DNA of 64,000 bases. It comes from an uncultured Chloroflexia bacterium (GTDB lineage Bacteria > Chloroflexota > Anaerolineae > JAAYZQ01). A program made the translations under genes and the position numbers. Each line of letters starts with the position of its first letter. Positions within the stretch are counted from its first letter, which is position 1. The notes beneath the pieces were generated by a model. That model ran no database searches. It was not told the DNA's origin and saw nothing but the letters and a program-made list of their open reading frames with translations. Positions 20,796-31,797 of this stretch are shown piece after piece. Location of the stretch: assembly GCA_963700285.1 (NCBI GenBank), contig CAVOXA010000010.1:192001-256000 (forward strand). Reading direction: 5' to 3'.

Positions 20796-20825
20796 CAAAG
20801 GCCGGGGGCATGCCCCCGGCCTTTG
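20796..20825. terminator. Bidirectional terminator between PKS and batE
   Basis: Perfect 30-bp palindrome CAAAGGCCGGGGGCATGCCCCCGGCCTTTG between convergent operons. Confidence 0.75.
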
Positions 20826-20860
20826 CGATCTGAGCCGCCGGAGCTTTAAAAAATCCTTTG

Positions 20861-21685
20861 CTAGCCTTCTATGGGCTCTATCGCGGCGGCTGGTACCCAG
20901 CCCTCCAGGTCGCCCCCAGACAGAGCCAAACGTACCCAGCTTCCCTGGGCCTCGACGACTCGCACCTCGGTGCCATCATGGAGCGTGAACTCGGTCACGT
21001 ATTGCGTGCCGGGCCCGCTGACGACATCCACCTCGGTAGCTACGATCACGCCCTCCGCTTGGTTGTTATCCACGTACAGATAGCTCCCCAGCGCCAGAAC
21101 GGCTACTACCAAAGCAAGTACCACGGGAACAAGGCCAACCTGCAGGCTTTTTCGCCAGGCGCTGCCAGCCCTGGCGGTGCTGATCACAATGGCCATCAGT
21201 ACAAAGAGGATCCAGGCACCCAGGGCTGCCATGGCAACTTCATTGAGGCTGAACCAGCTCTTCACCGATTGGCCCACGAAACTCAGAACGCCGCTGTTTT
21301 CGGCGGCTTCGAACTCGTCCACCGCCTGAGCACGAGCCAGCCCCAGGTTCGCCTTGATATCGGCGTCCCTCGGCGCAAGCTGTTGGGCACGCCGGTAGTT
21401 GACAATGGCCCGGCCATAGTCTCCCTGCTTAAAGTAGGCATTGCCCAGATTGTAGAACAGGGCGCTGTCGGCAAAGCCCTGGTCCACCAACTGCTGGTAG
21501 GCCTGTGCTGCCTGGTCATACTGGCCCATGTCGTAAAGCTGGCTCGCCGTGCTCATCGTTTCGGCCGCTGCCTGTGCGGAGCCAATGCTGGCCGGGGACG
21601 ACTTGGCCAACAGCAGCGTTTGGTTCGCGGCAAACAGGCCGATCATGATCAGACTGATCAAAGCAATCAGAACAACTCGTTTCAT
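20861..21685 (-). CDS. batE: BatE-like TPR + SH3b protein
   Basis: FYNLGNAYFK TPR, two TM helices, SGPG...LHDGTEV...GWVP SH3 domain. Confidence 0.82.
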   Translation of the reverse strand: MKRVVLIALISLIMIGLFAANQTLLLAKSSPASIGSAQAAAETMSTASQLYDMGQYDQAAQAYQQLVDQGFADSALFYNLGNAYFKQGDYGRAIVNYRRAQQLAPRDADIKANLGLARAQAVDEFEAAENSGVLSFVGQSVKSWFSLNEVAMAALGAWILFVLMAIVISTARAGSAWRKSLQVGLVPVVLALVVAVLALGSYLYVDNNQAEGVIVATEVDVVSGPGTQYVTEFTLHDGTEVRVVEAQGSWVRLALSGGDLEGWVPAAAIEPIEG

Positions 21686-21753
21686 CTCTCGCCTCCTCAG
21701 CGTACAGCGCGGACCCAAGCGGATTCCACGGAACACGAAACCCGTAGCACGCC

Positions 21754-23559
21754 CTACAGTACCTTCTCCAGGGTATCGATCAACAGGTCGACTTCTTTCA
21801 ACAAGCTGGCTGCATGGTCCGGGCTATCGGCGCCGGGCGCAAATCGACCTAGCTCGCTGCTGACCAGAACAACTTCGACGCGCTCGATCAGCTCGGACGC
21901 GACGCCCTTGGCTGCCAGGGTTTCGGCCAGAGCTTGATGCGTCAGGCCCACCACCGGCCGGTCCAGCTTGTCCGCCAGATAGGTAGTCAAGATCTGGCCC
22001 GCGGCACTATAGGCGTCCCCTTTCTGCTTGCGCGCTAGGGCCAGGGCTTTCTTGGCTTTCCTGCGAGCCTGGGAACTACGGGCCAGGCCCAGATTGTTCT
22101 CCCAATATCGCTGCCTCCTCTGCCAGACCCAGTACCCCAGGACACCAAACACCGGGAAGGCCCACGCTGCCCAATACAGCCCCGACCGGGTCACCGGTTG
22201 TTCTGCTGAAGCGAATCCAGACGGCACCGGTTTCAGGTGCCGGATGTCCGTGGCCGCCTGGGCCACGTCCTCTTTGGCCCCAGTCACCGGCAGCGACGAA
22301 CCCACCGCCGCGTCCGGCTGCGCCTCGCCGGCTGCAATAGAGACAGAAATCGGCTCCGTACTGATCGTCTGGTATGTGCCAGCGGCAGGATCAAAGTAGG
22401 TATAGGCCAACGCGGGGATCGTGGATTCACCCTCGACGCTGGGTACCAGCAACCGCTTGTAGACGCGACTGCCCACAGCCTCGCCGTCGCGCACCTGGGT
22501 GTGGACCGTCGATTCAGACTCAAATTCCCGCCAGCCGGGCATCTCTGGCCAGACAGGATCTGGCATCGCGTTGAGGTTGCCCCGGCCGCTGAGTGTGACC
22601 TGCCAGGTCAAGGGCTCGTTCACCTTGCTCTCTGTAGCATCCACCGTTCCTGTCAAGGTGAACTGCCCCACCGCGCCATTGAAACCCTCTGGGGCTGTAG
22701 GCGGCAAGGGCTGAACGTCCAGCGCAATCGGCTGGGTCTGCAGCGTCGAGCCCCGGCGGAACAGGCTGCCCGGCACCGTGAGACTGGCCGGCTCGACGGT
22801 CACCGGACCGACGACGGACGGAAAGAGAATGGTACGCACCTCTGCCACCTGGTAGACGCGACCTGAAGCCTGGACCCTGTAGTCGGACTGTTCCGTCTCA
22901 TGCTCGCTCCAAAAACCCTGGAACGATGGGGCCTCGTACTGGGGTTGTCCAGCCAGGTTCACTGCCCGGTAGAAACGAAAGGTATAGACCACTTGCTCTC
23001 CGACGTAGGGCCTGGGGTTGTCCACCTCCGCTTCGATGAACAAGTCCTGTCCCCGCAGCTCCGCTGCCGGTGGCGCGGGCTGGACGGGCGGCGGTGACGA
23101 TTGGCTCTGGGGCTGCACGGGTTGGCCAGATGCAGGTGCGCCCGTCCCGGGCGCGCCCGTTCCCTGCACAACGCGCACGACGATCGGCTCCGTGCTAAAG
23201 GTCTGGCCGTTCATCGTCACCTGGATCGGCTCGATGACCAGGTCGCCTGCCTCATAGGGCTGCAGACGATAGAGATGGCTCAAACGGCTGCTGACAGCCC
23301 CATTGATCATGCTTATCTGCGAGGAGGTGCTCGTACCGATTACGTTGAACCCCTGCAGGTTCGGCAGCGACGGGGCCGGCGCGTTCATCGCTGCAGCATT
23401 GACCGTCACCGTTAGCGTCAGCATCTCGTCCGTGGACAATGATGTGCGATCCACCTGGGCGACAATGGTCTCCTGGTCCTGTGCGGCACTGATTCCCACG
23501 AATGACAGAAAGAGAAGGGCCAAGATAACAGGTATTAGGTACTTTGTTCTGGATTTCAT
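21754..23559 (-). CDS. batD: BatD family protein
   Basis: Signal peptide, SSQISMING, YVGEQ, FNGAVGQF, C-terminal TM and RFAP. Confidence 0.88.
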   Translation of the reverse strand: MKSRTKYLIPVILALLFLSFVGISAAQDQETIVAQVDRTSLSTDEMLTLTVTVNAAAMNAPAPSLPNLQGFNVIGTSTSSQISMINGAVSSRLSHLYRLQPYEAGDLVIEPIQVTMNGQTFSTEPIVVRVVQGTGAPGTGAPASGQPVQPQSQSSPPPVQPAPPAAELRGQDLFIEAEVDNPRPYVGEQVVYTFRFYRAVNLAGQPQYEAPSFQGFWSEHETEQSDYRVQASGRVYQVAEVRTILFPSVVGPVTVEPASLTVPGSLFRRGSTLQTQPIALDVQPLPPTAPEGFNGAVGQFTLTGTVDATESKVNEPLTWQVTLSGRGNLNAMPDPVWPEMPGWREFESESTVHTQVRDGEAVGSRVYKRLLVPSVEGESTIPALAYTYFDPAAGTYQTISTEPISVSIAAGEAQPDAAVGSSLPVTGAKEDVAQAATDIRHLKPVPSGFASAEQPVTRSGLYWAAWAFPVFGVLGYWVWQRRQRYWENNLGLARSSQARRKAKKALALARKQKGDAYSAAGQILTTYLADKLDRPVVGLTHQALAETLAAKGVASELIERVEVVLVSSELGRFAPGADSPDHAASLLKEVDLLIDTLEKVL

Positions 23560-23638
23560 GGTCTGCCTTGCTCCTCAATCGTGAATCGTGATGCGTGATT
23601 CCAGTTTTGCGTCTCACACATCACGATTCGCGTCCTCC

Positions 23639-24462
23639 CTACCAATCCTCCAGGGGCGGCGCGCCGGGGAAGACCAGCATCTGCTGCAGGGACTCCTCCA
23701 GACTCTCTGTGCCCTGGGCTGCAGCCTCGAGTAGCTGTCGGGCTTGCTCTTTGCTCAAGCCAGCGACCTGCTGAGGCTGGTTGCCGGCCTGTTCCTTCTG
23801 CTCCTGATCCTGCGGCTGACCATCCTGTTGCTGGTCTGCTGCTGATCCTGGTTCTGCTGGTCCTGCTGATCCTGGTTCTGCTGGTCCTGCTGATCCTGGT
23901 TCTGCTGATCTTGCTGATCCTGGTTCTGCTGGTCCTGCTGATCCTGGTTCTGCTGATCTTGCTGATCCTGGTTCTCTTGATCCTGTTGTTCCTGGTCTTG
24001 CTGATCCTGTTGCTCTTGTTGCTGTTCCTGCAGTTTCCGCAACGCCAGTTCCAGGTTCTGCTTGGCTTCCAGATCGTCAGGCTTCAGACGCAACGCCTCT
24101 TTGTAGACCTCGATGGCCATCTCGTACTGCTCGGTCTGGAAGAAAGTGTTGCCCAGGTTGTACAGGCTGTTTTGGTCCAGATCAGGCTGGCTTTCTTCGC
24201 CCAGTAGGGCCTGTTCGATCTCCTGTTGAGCCTGCTCATAGTCCTCCAGCCGGTAGTGGCTGTTGGCCGCGTTGTAGTGTGGCTCAGCCAGTTCGGGCGA
24301 TTCCCCCGCGGCCTGCTGATAGGCCACCAGAGAACCTGTGTAATCCTGATTCGCAAACGCTTCGTTGCCGTCGTTGTTCAGCCTCTCAGCCGACTGACCG
24401 CAACTGGCCAGGGCCAGCACCAGCAGCAACAGAGTCGGCGCGAGTACAATCAGCTTCTTCAT
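23639..24462 (-). CDS. batC: BatC-like TPR lipoprotein with Q/D/N-rich linker (frameshift near 23835)
   Basis: Lipobox LASC, YNLGN TPR, AKQNLELAL, QDQQNQ repeats; an alternate frame ends ...PLEDW* at 23639. Confidence 0.8.
23841..24030. repeat. Coding tandem 24-bp repeats (QDQQNQDQ-type) in batC
   Basis: Tandem CTGATCCTGGTTCTGCTG(G/A)TC(C/T)TG units. Confidence 0.85.
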
Positions 24463-24464
24463 CT

Positions 24465-25542
24465 TTATCCCTCCCCTTCTATTGACCGCTGGCCGCCGAC
24501 CATCGCTCGTGCATGGCCGCGCGCCTTCTGAGCTACCTTGGCCACGATGCGATCCGGGATCAACTCGATGGCGATCATGAGAGCCAGCGCCGCCAGCAGG
24601 AATGGCTGGAATCGTTCGATCCCCAGGATTTCAAGTTGGCTGGACAGCTCGGCCTTTTGTAGCATGTTCAGTTCTTCAACAAACGCAGCCAGCTCACTGC
24701 CATCCGCGCTGGCCCGAAAGTACCGGCCCCCGCCGACCTCGGCAATCTGCTGCAGTGTGGCCTCGTCGAGCTTGGAGAGAACCACTTCGCCCTGCTGGTC
24801 CTGCTTGTAGCCAATGATCTGACCCCGGGCGTCGTATTCTGGGATCGGCTCGCCCTGCGGCGATCCAAAACCAATGGCGTAGAGCATGATGCCCTGTTCG
24901 GCTGCCGCTTCTGCCATGGCCAGCGCATCGCCGCCGTGATCCTCGCCATCGGTGATCAACACGATCACCTTCTGGCTGGTCCGCGACATGTCAAAGCCGG
25001 CCATGGCCGTGCGGATGGCGTCACCGATGGCGGTACCGGGCCTCGAAATCACCTCCGGCCGGGCGTTGTCCAGGAAGGTCAGGGCCGTGCCATAGTCGGA
25101 GGTCAGCGGGAACTGGACAAAGCTGGCTCCCGAAAAGAGGACCAGGCCGATCTCGTCGCCGCCCAGCCGCGTCATCAGGTCGGCAATCTCCATCTTGGCC
25201 CGGCTCAGGCGGTCGGGCTTGATGTCTTGGGCCAACATGCTCTTGGACACGTCCAGGGCAACCATCACCTCGATGCCCTCCTGCTCGACCTCCTGGATCA
25301 CCGTGCCCCACATGCGGCCGGGCCAGCGAGATGAGCAGCAATGCCAGGACGACGAGCCACAGGCCATCCCGCCAGCGGCGGCCGCGCCAGTTGACCGTGT
25401 TGCTCAGGCGCTGCACCAGCGCCGGATCTCCCAGCCGGCCGAGATCCCTCTTGCGCCGCCGGGCCGCCCACACCAGAAAGAGACCCATCAGCGGCAGTAG
25501 TGTCAACAATCCGTACAAGAAAACCGGTTGTGCGAAAGTCAT
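24465..25542 (-). CDS. batB: BatB vWA domain protein (frameshift near 25315)
   Basis: MTFAQP...LARP then ALDVSKSMLAQD MIDAS motif, PLTSD and ITDGED. Confidence 0.85.
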
Positions 25543-25645
25543 AGTTACCCATCCTTTTCCGTCTTGCTCAGAGCATCGTGTTGCGTGATTCGTGGTCCGT
25601 GACCTGTGGACATGTTGGGCGTCACACGCACCACGTGCCACGTAC

Positions 25646-26655
25646 CTACGGCAGTTTCCTAAACAGCGTTTTCCGCAGGAACGCCTCGCTCACGACGAGC
25701 CCCAGGGCAGGCAAAAGCAGCCAGCCCATCAGTTCCTGGTAGCGGGTAAAACGTTCTACCTCTATCTGAGATTTCTCCAGGCTGTCGATCTCGTCATAGA
25801 TCTGCTTTCAGTCCCGCTGTATCCTCCGCCCGGAAGTAGCGACCGCCGGTGGCAGCGGCAATCTCTTGCAGCGTGGCCTCGTCTAACTGGCTTTCCTGAT
25901 AAGTGATCTGCTGCCGGCCAAAAGCGTCTACTATGGGGACCGGTACCTGTCCAGGCCGTCCCATGCCGATGGTATAGACCTTGATCCCCAACACCTCGGC
26001 CGCTTGCGCCGCCGTCAAGGGATCGATCTCGCCGGCGTTGTTGACGCCATCGGTCAGCAGGATGACGACTTTGCTCTTGGCATCCGAGTCCTTGAGCATG
26101 TTGCCAGCGTTGGCCAGCCCCATGCCGATGGCTGTGCCATCGTCGATGCCCAGGTCGGTGGCCAGCTTGCTGCGATCCAGCAGCCGGATCAGCACGTTGT
26201 GGTCGGTCGTGGGCGGGCTCTGGCTAAAGGCGTCGCTGGCAAAGACCACCAGGCCGATGGCGTCGTAGGGACGTCCCTGCACAAAGTCGGCGATGACATC
26301 CTTGGCCGCCTCCAGCCGGTTCTGCGGCTCAAAGTCGAGCGAGGCCATGCTGCCCGAGATGTCCAGTGCCAGGGCAATGTCTACGCCCTCGCCCTTGATG
26401 ATCTCGCGGGCCTGCCCCGTCTGCGGCCGGGCGACGGCGATGACGATCAAGGCCATGGCCAGGATCCGCAGCGCGGTCAGAGTGGGGCGCAGGGCAATGC
26501 GCCACGAACGAGTAGGCTTGGCCGCCAGCTTGACGTCGGCGTAGCGCAGGCCCGAAGGCCGCGACCACTTTCTGGCCAGCAGAGGCCAGGCTGCCAAGAC
26601 AGGTAGCAAGCAGCAACAGACTGAGAAGCCATGGTGATTCGAAACGAAAGATCAT
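25646..26655 (-). CDS. batA: BatA vWA domain protein (frameshifts near 26606 and 25810)
   Basis: MIFRFESPWLL, ARPQ, DISGSM, GTAIG, LTDGVNN, TGGRYFRA; alternate frame ends FRKLP*. Confidence 0.85.
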
Positions 26656-26659
26656 GAGT

Positions 26660-27696
26660 CTAACTCCTATTCCCAGATTGGTAGCTGAGCCGGCGTGTTG
26701 GCACAGGAGCGGCCGGAGGCTGCTCCTCAGTCGCAGCCTCAAGCTCTGGCCTGGGCCTGGTCAAGTCTACCAGCGAGCGAGCCTCGACCGTCGCCTGGCT
26801 GGCCGTTTCCACGTCCGGAATGAACTTGGCAAACTTGACCAGGTCAGCTGTCCATAAACAGGTCCAGAAAGCGCCGGGTGTGATCCGGGGCAAGGTCCGA
26901 CTGCCGCAGAATGGGCTTCAGCTCGGTCGTGGTCCGATCAAGAACACGCAGATGGAACTGATCCGCCAGATAGGTCCGCAGACAATCGGTTACCAGGGTA
27001 TAGTACTCCTTGGCGCGTCCCTGTTCCAGCAGGCCCAGCCCTTCTATGCGTGCCAACTCGTCGTAGGCCACCTGCCAGGGCGGGCGATTGTCTACGGCAG
27101 GGGCCAGGCCAAAGGGCTTGCCCTGCCAGCGGCGGTAGGCCCACCAGCCCCCCACGGCTGCGGCTGCTGCTACGAGCAGTCCGCCTGCGATCCAGGGCCA
27201 TACCGGCGGTACGGCCAGCCCCGCTTGTGGCTTGATGTCCCTTAGCTCCGTATCATCCTCGGCCAGCGTCGGGTTCACGGTCAGCCGGGCGGACGGGACC
27301 ACCTCTTCGGTCACCTGCCCGGCGCCGTCGCTGATGGTCAGCGGCAGTTCGGGCGTCTGGAAATCGCCCAGGTTGAACAGGGTGACCTCGATGATCTGGC
27401 TGTGTCGTTTCCGTACCATCGTCGTTGGCTACAGTGGCGGCCTGGGATTGGCTCCGTACCTCAAACTCGCCCCACATCTGCTCCAGTTTGGGGATGATGA
27501 CCTGGTAGCCCGCCGGATGCTTCACCTCCAGCGTCAACTGGACGGGGTCGCCCACGGCCAGCTCGCCCCTGTCAGGCGTCAGTGTCGCCTGCACCCCGTC
27601 GTCAGCTTGGGCCTGCGTGACGACCATGAGCGTGAGGGTGAAGAGGAGGAACCAGAAGGCTAGCCGTCTTACGTCTATTCTAACCATTCGAATCAT
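26660..27696 (-). CDS. Bat-operon membrane protein (DUF4381-like; frameshifts near 27400 and 26855)
   Basis: Fragments VGDPVQLTL, LRDIKP, TM, LDRTTTE and ADLVKFAK in successive frames. Confidence 0.72.
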
Positions 27697-27779
27697 TCCT
27701 TTCTACGGTTCACGGATCAGGGACTGGGCAAGTGGGGCCGCGAGCCCTCGGACTGCCAGAGCCCAGGTTCGCGAGTTCC

Positions 27780-28670
27780 CTAATGCCTAATCCGCTTGTT
27801 GCGCTTCTGAAAAAAGATGGTCAGCGCCTTGGCATAGTCCTGGTCGGTCTGGATCTTGACGCGGTCGACGCCCGCGTTTGCCAGGGTCTTTTGCTTGACA
27901 GCCTCGAACTGCCCAGTACGCCGGGCAAAATCGCTGCCGCCAGGCTGGGTCACTCGTGTCCAGCCACACCAGCTCGCCTGATTCGGCATCCTCCAGGGCC
28001 AGCATGACCCACGTCGGCGATCTCGGACTCCATGCGGGTCATGCAGGTCAACGGCGATCAGGTCGTGCCTGCGGTTTGTCATGAAAAGGGGCTTGCTATA
28101 GCGGTCTGGGTCATCCATAAAGTCCGAAACCAGAAAGATGATGCTCCGGCGTTTGAGTATCTGGTTGATGCTGTCCAGCGCCAGCTTGATGTCGGTACCA
28201 TTGCCCTCTGGCTCAAAGGCCAGCAGCTCGCGGATCAGGCGCAGCACGTGGCTGCGCCCCTTGCGCGGCGGGATATACAGTTCCACCCTGTCGGTAAAGA
28301 TCAACAGCCCGACTTTGTCCTTGTTGTTCGTGGCCGAGAAGGACAGCACCGATGCCAGCTCGGCTGCCAACTCTCGCTTGAACACGCCTTGCGAGGCAAA
28401 GTCGCCCGATCCGCTGGCATCAACCACCAACATGACGGTCAGCTCACGTTCCTCGACATACTCTTTGACAAAGGGCTGTCCCATCCGGGCGGTAACGTTC
28501 CAATCGATGGTCCGTACCTCGTCGCCGGGCTGGTAGGGCCGTACTTCGTCAAATTCCATGCCCCTTCCCTTAAAGACAGAGTGATACTCACCGGCGAAAC
28601 TGTCATTGACCAGCCGTCGCGTTCGGATCTCGATGTGACGGATTTTGCTCATCAGTTCGGTTGTTAGCAT
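27780..28670 (-). CDS. DUF58 protein (MoxR-associated)
   Basis: FKGRGMEFDEVRPYQPGDEVRTIDWNVTAR and EEREL; short out-of-frame segment near 28030-27930. Confidence 0.9.
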   Translation of the reverse strand: MLTTELMSKIRHIEIRTRRLVNDSFAGEYHSVFKGRGMEFDEVRPYQPGDEVRTIDWNVTARMGQPFVKEYVEERELTVMLVVDASGSGDFASQGVFKRELAAELASVLSFSATNNKDKVGLLIFTDRVELYIPPRKGRSHVLRLIRELLAFEPEGNGTDIKLALDSINQILKRRSIIFLVSDFMDDPDRYSKPLFMTNRRHDLIAVDLHDPHGVRDRRRGSCWPWRMPNQASWCGWTRVTQPGGSDFARRTGQFEAVKQKTLANAGVDRVKIQTDQDYAKALTIFFQKRNKRIRH

Positions 28671-28805
28671 AGTTCACATACTCCAATTGCCTTGATGCGT
28701 ACGGCGTGTTGCGTGGTACGTACTGCGTGGTACGTGTTGCGTGTTGCGTGCTATGCGCGCGTGCCCTCATCGGCACGGGCCACGTTGCACGCATCACGCA
28801 TCACG

Positions 28806-29799
28806 CTACGGTACTTCGGTATAGTCCAGGATCCGCTGTACAATGTCGGCGCTGGCCACATTCTCTGCCTCGGCCTCGTAGCTGACAATCACACGGTGGC
28901 GCAGCACGTCAGGAGCAACCTCTTTGACGTCATCGGGTGTCACAAAGCCGCGGCCTTTGATGAAGGCCTGTGCCCTGGCTGCGAGGATCAGGTTGATGCC
29001 AGCCCGCGGCGAAGCCCCAAAGGCGATAAAGGGCCGCAGATCCGACAGGCCATTGTTGCCCGGGTTGCGGGTGGTCAGCACCAGGTTGAGGACATAGTTC
29101 TTGATCTTGTCGTCCACATAGACCTGCCGTACCATCTCTCTGGCTCGCAGGATCTGGTCTGGGCTGACAACCGGCCTGACTGGCGGCAGCGGCTCACCCG
29201 TCATGCGGTCAATGATCAGGCGCTCCTCGTTGGGCTTGGGATAGCCAACGATTACCTTGAGCATAAAGCGATCCACCTGTGCTTCCGGCAGGGGATAGGT
29301 GCCTTCCTGCTCGATGGGGTTCTGCGTGGCCAGTACCAGGAACAGGTCGTCCATCTGGTAGGTGGTGTTGCCGATGGTGATCTGCCGCTCCTGCATCGCC
29401 TCCAGCAACGCGCTCTGCACTTTGGCCGGCGCGCGGTTGATCTCGTCGGCCAGGACAAAGTTGGCGAACAGCGGGCCCTGGTGGACGGCGAACTCGCCCG
29501 TCTTCATGTTGTACATCTGGGTCCCCACCAGGTCGGCGGGCAGCAGGTCGGGCGTGAACTGGATGCGGGAAAAATCGGCCTGGATGGCCTGGGCCATGGT
29601 CTTGATCAGACAGCGTCTTGGCCAGGCCAGGCACGCCTTCCAGCAGGATGTGGCCGTCGGCCAGCAGCGCGATCAGTACCCGCTCGACCATCGATTCCTG
29701 GCCCACCATCACAGTGTTGACCTCGGCCAGGAGGTCGTGCAGAAAGAGCGCCTCCCTTTCCACCTGTGCATTGAGTTGCCGAATGTTTGCGATATCCAT
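28806..29799 (-). CDS. moxR: MoxR-family AAA+ ATPase (frameshift near 29610)
   Basis: EGVPGLAKT, RIQFTPDLLPAD, DEINRAPAKVQSALLE and QNPIEQEGTYPLPEAQVDRF. Confidence 0.93.
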
Positions 29800-29920
29800 A
29801 GTAACCTCTCCTCTATGCGATTTCAACCAAGTGGGTTGATGGTACTGGGCACAGCATATCATAGAGGAGGATACTGCGTCTTTAACCCAAGTTCAAGGGT
29901 TGCTTAAGAATGCTTAAGGT

Positions 29921-30123
29921 AACCTCCCGCAGGTTATCCATGGTGTGACTTGCCCTCGTCGTGAAACCTGGATAACCACAGGGCGGGCTCTACAACGACA
30001 AACCTGCGGGAGGTTCGGCCGCACGCTCAACCTCCCGCAGGTTCTCCACCGAGTAGCTTGCCCTGGTCGTGAAACCCTGGTTGCCACAGGGCAAGCTCTG
30101 TCACGACAAACCTGCGGGAGTTT
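29921..30123. repeat. Two tandem 95-bp REPIN-like units
   Basis: Units 29921-30015 and 30029-30123, each AACCTCCCGCAGGTT, a 65-nt related spacer, then AACCTGCGGGAG(G/T)TT. Confidence 0.85.
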
Positions 30124-30134
30124 CGGCGGGAGGG

Positions 30135-30163
30135 TTGACAAAAATGACAACTAGGCTTACAAT
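30135..30163 (+). promoter_or_regulatory. Sigma70 promoter
   Basis: TTGACA-17 nt-TACAAT upstream of the recombinase-like gene. Confidence 0.65.
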
Positions 30164-30202
30164 AACCGCTGCGTGCTATGCGAAGTGAAGGAGGAAAAGC
30201 CC

Positions 30203-31153
30203 ATGTCCATCGAACAACTGCCGCTCTTTCCGGGCAACGAGCCCCAAACGGTAACCCAGCGATCCGATCTGAGCGCCGATTCACCCCTCAGCACGGCCAT
30301 GGAGCGCTTCCGCAACCACATGGTCCAGCAGGACTATGCCGATAACACCATCAAATCTTTCCTGGGCGACCTGCGCATCCTTGGCCGCTATCTGAAACAG
30401 GATCTTGCTGTCGGCCAGATCAGCACCAAAAACCTGCTGGCCTACCTCCACTGGCTACAGCACGAACGGGGCAAGCCCTGCAGTCCCAAATCGTACGCCC
30501 GGCGGCTGACCACGCTCAAGGTGTTCTTTGCCTGGCTGGCTCGCCTGGAGGTCATACCGGCCGATCCTGCCGCTGCCCTGGTTCACAAACCGGTCCAGAC
30601 CCCACTGCCCCGCATCCTCTACGACCAGCAGGTGGAGGAGGTACTGGCCCTCACCCAGAGCATGAGGGCCGGCGACACAACTGCCGAAAAGCCCGATCCC
30701 CGGCCCCACCTGCTGGTCACCCTGCTGCTGCATACCGGCATCAAAAAGCAGGAATGCATGGACATCAAGCTGATCCACATTGACGCAGCCAACGTCGCCG
30801 GGCCAGCGGTCCAAATCCGCTACGAAAAACCGCGCATGCAGTACAAAGAAAGACGCCTGCGCCTACCCTCGGGCTGGCCCAGTACGCTGGCCGAATACCG
30901 CAAGGCCTACGAGCCCCAGGAGTACCTTTTTCCCTGCACAGCCCGGAACCTGGAATATGTGCTGACCGACGTCGGCAAGCAGGCCGGCCTGGGCGGCGGC
31001 CTGTCCTTCGAGATGCTGCGCTGGACCTGCGCCGTCCGCGACTACCAGGCCCGCATGGACCCCGATCGCCTGCGGCGCAAGATGGGGCTGTCGCAAATGA
31101 GCTGGAAAGAAACCGAACCCAAGATCATCCGCCTTGCAGAACCGGCACTGTGA
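30203..31153 (+). CDS. Tyrosine recombinase-fold (XerD-like) protein, catalytic residues degenerate
   Basis: SAM-like N domain (NTIKSFLGDL, SYARRLTTLKVFFAWL), LPRIL, LLHTGIKKQE and FEMLRWTCA. Confidence 0.8.
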   Translation: MSIEQLPLFPGNEPQTVTQRSDLSADSPLSTAMERFRNHMVQQDYADNTIKSFLGDLRILGRYLKQDLAVGQISTKNLLAYLHWLQHERGKPCSPKSYARRLTTLKVFFAWLARLEVIPADPAAALVHKPVQTPLPRILYDQQVEEVLALTQSMRAGDTTAEKPDPRPHLLVTLLLHTGIKKQECMDIKLIHIDAANVAGPAVQIRYEKPRMQYKERRLRLPSGWPSTLAEYRKAYEPQEYLFPCTARNLEYVLTDVGKQAGLGGGLSFEMLRWTCAVRDYQARMDPDRLRRKMGLSQMSWKETEPKIIRLAEPAL

Positions 31154-31157
31154 GCGC

Positions 31158-31191
31158 AACCTCCCGCAGGTTTCCGAACCTGCGGGAGGTT
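31158..31191. repeat. REP-like palindrome
   Basis: AACCTCCCGCAGGTT-TCCG-AACCTGCGGGAGGTT, perfect 15-bp arms. Confidence 0.9.
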
Positions 31192-31213
31192 CATCTGTCC
31201 AAGGAGGCCAACC

Positions 31214-31792
31214 ATGCCCTACCGTGGTGACGTATTCGCCCCAGACCACTACTACCACGTCTACAATCGGGCCGTGGACGGAGCCCTGCTCTTTTTCAAC
31301 CCCGGCAACTATGAGCACTGCTTGCGCCTCGTCAAACGCTACCAGGAAAAGTATGGCGCCGCCGTGATCGCCTATTGCCTCATGCCCAACCACTACCACT
31401 TTCTCCTCCGCCAGGAGACCGATGTCCCGCTCTCCAGGTTCATCAACGTGCTCTTTAATGCCTACGTGCAAGCCGTGAACCGGCAGCAGGGGCGCAAAGG
31501 AACGCTATTCGAGGGACGCTTCAAGCACATCTGGGTCGACCGTGAGGAGTACCTGGTCCACCTCTGTCGCTATATCCACCTCAACCCATTGAAGGCAGGT
31601 CTTGTGCCACGATTGGAGGACTGGGCCTACTCCAACTACCTGGAATGGCTCGGCCAGCGGGCCGGGACGCTAAAGGACGAGGCTTTCATCCACGATCGAT
31701 TCCCGACACCCGGGTCATACCAGCAGTTCGTGGCCGATTATGCCGGAGAGCTACAGGCCCGCGACCTTGTCGAAAAGTATCTCTGGGACTAG
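31214..31792 (+). mobile_element. REP-associated tyrosine transposase (RAYT/TnpA-REP, Y1 HUH family)
   Basis: YYHVYNR, CLMPNHYH (HUH), LFEGRFK, YIHLNP and WAYSNY; flanked on both sides by REP palindromes. Confidence 0.9.
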
Positions 31793-31797
31793 CCCTC

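Noticed and set aside
23841-24030. 24-bp repeats as a CRISPR or DGR-related repeat
   Set aside because: They are in-frame coding repeats for the Q-rich linker typical of BatC.
31214-31792. IS200/IS605 insertion sequence
   Set aside because: No tnpB is present; the YIHLNP and W-x-YS motifs and multiple flanking palindromes fit RAYT better.
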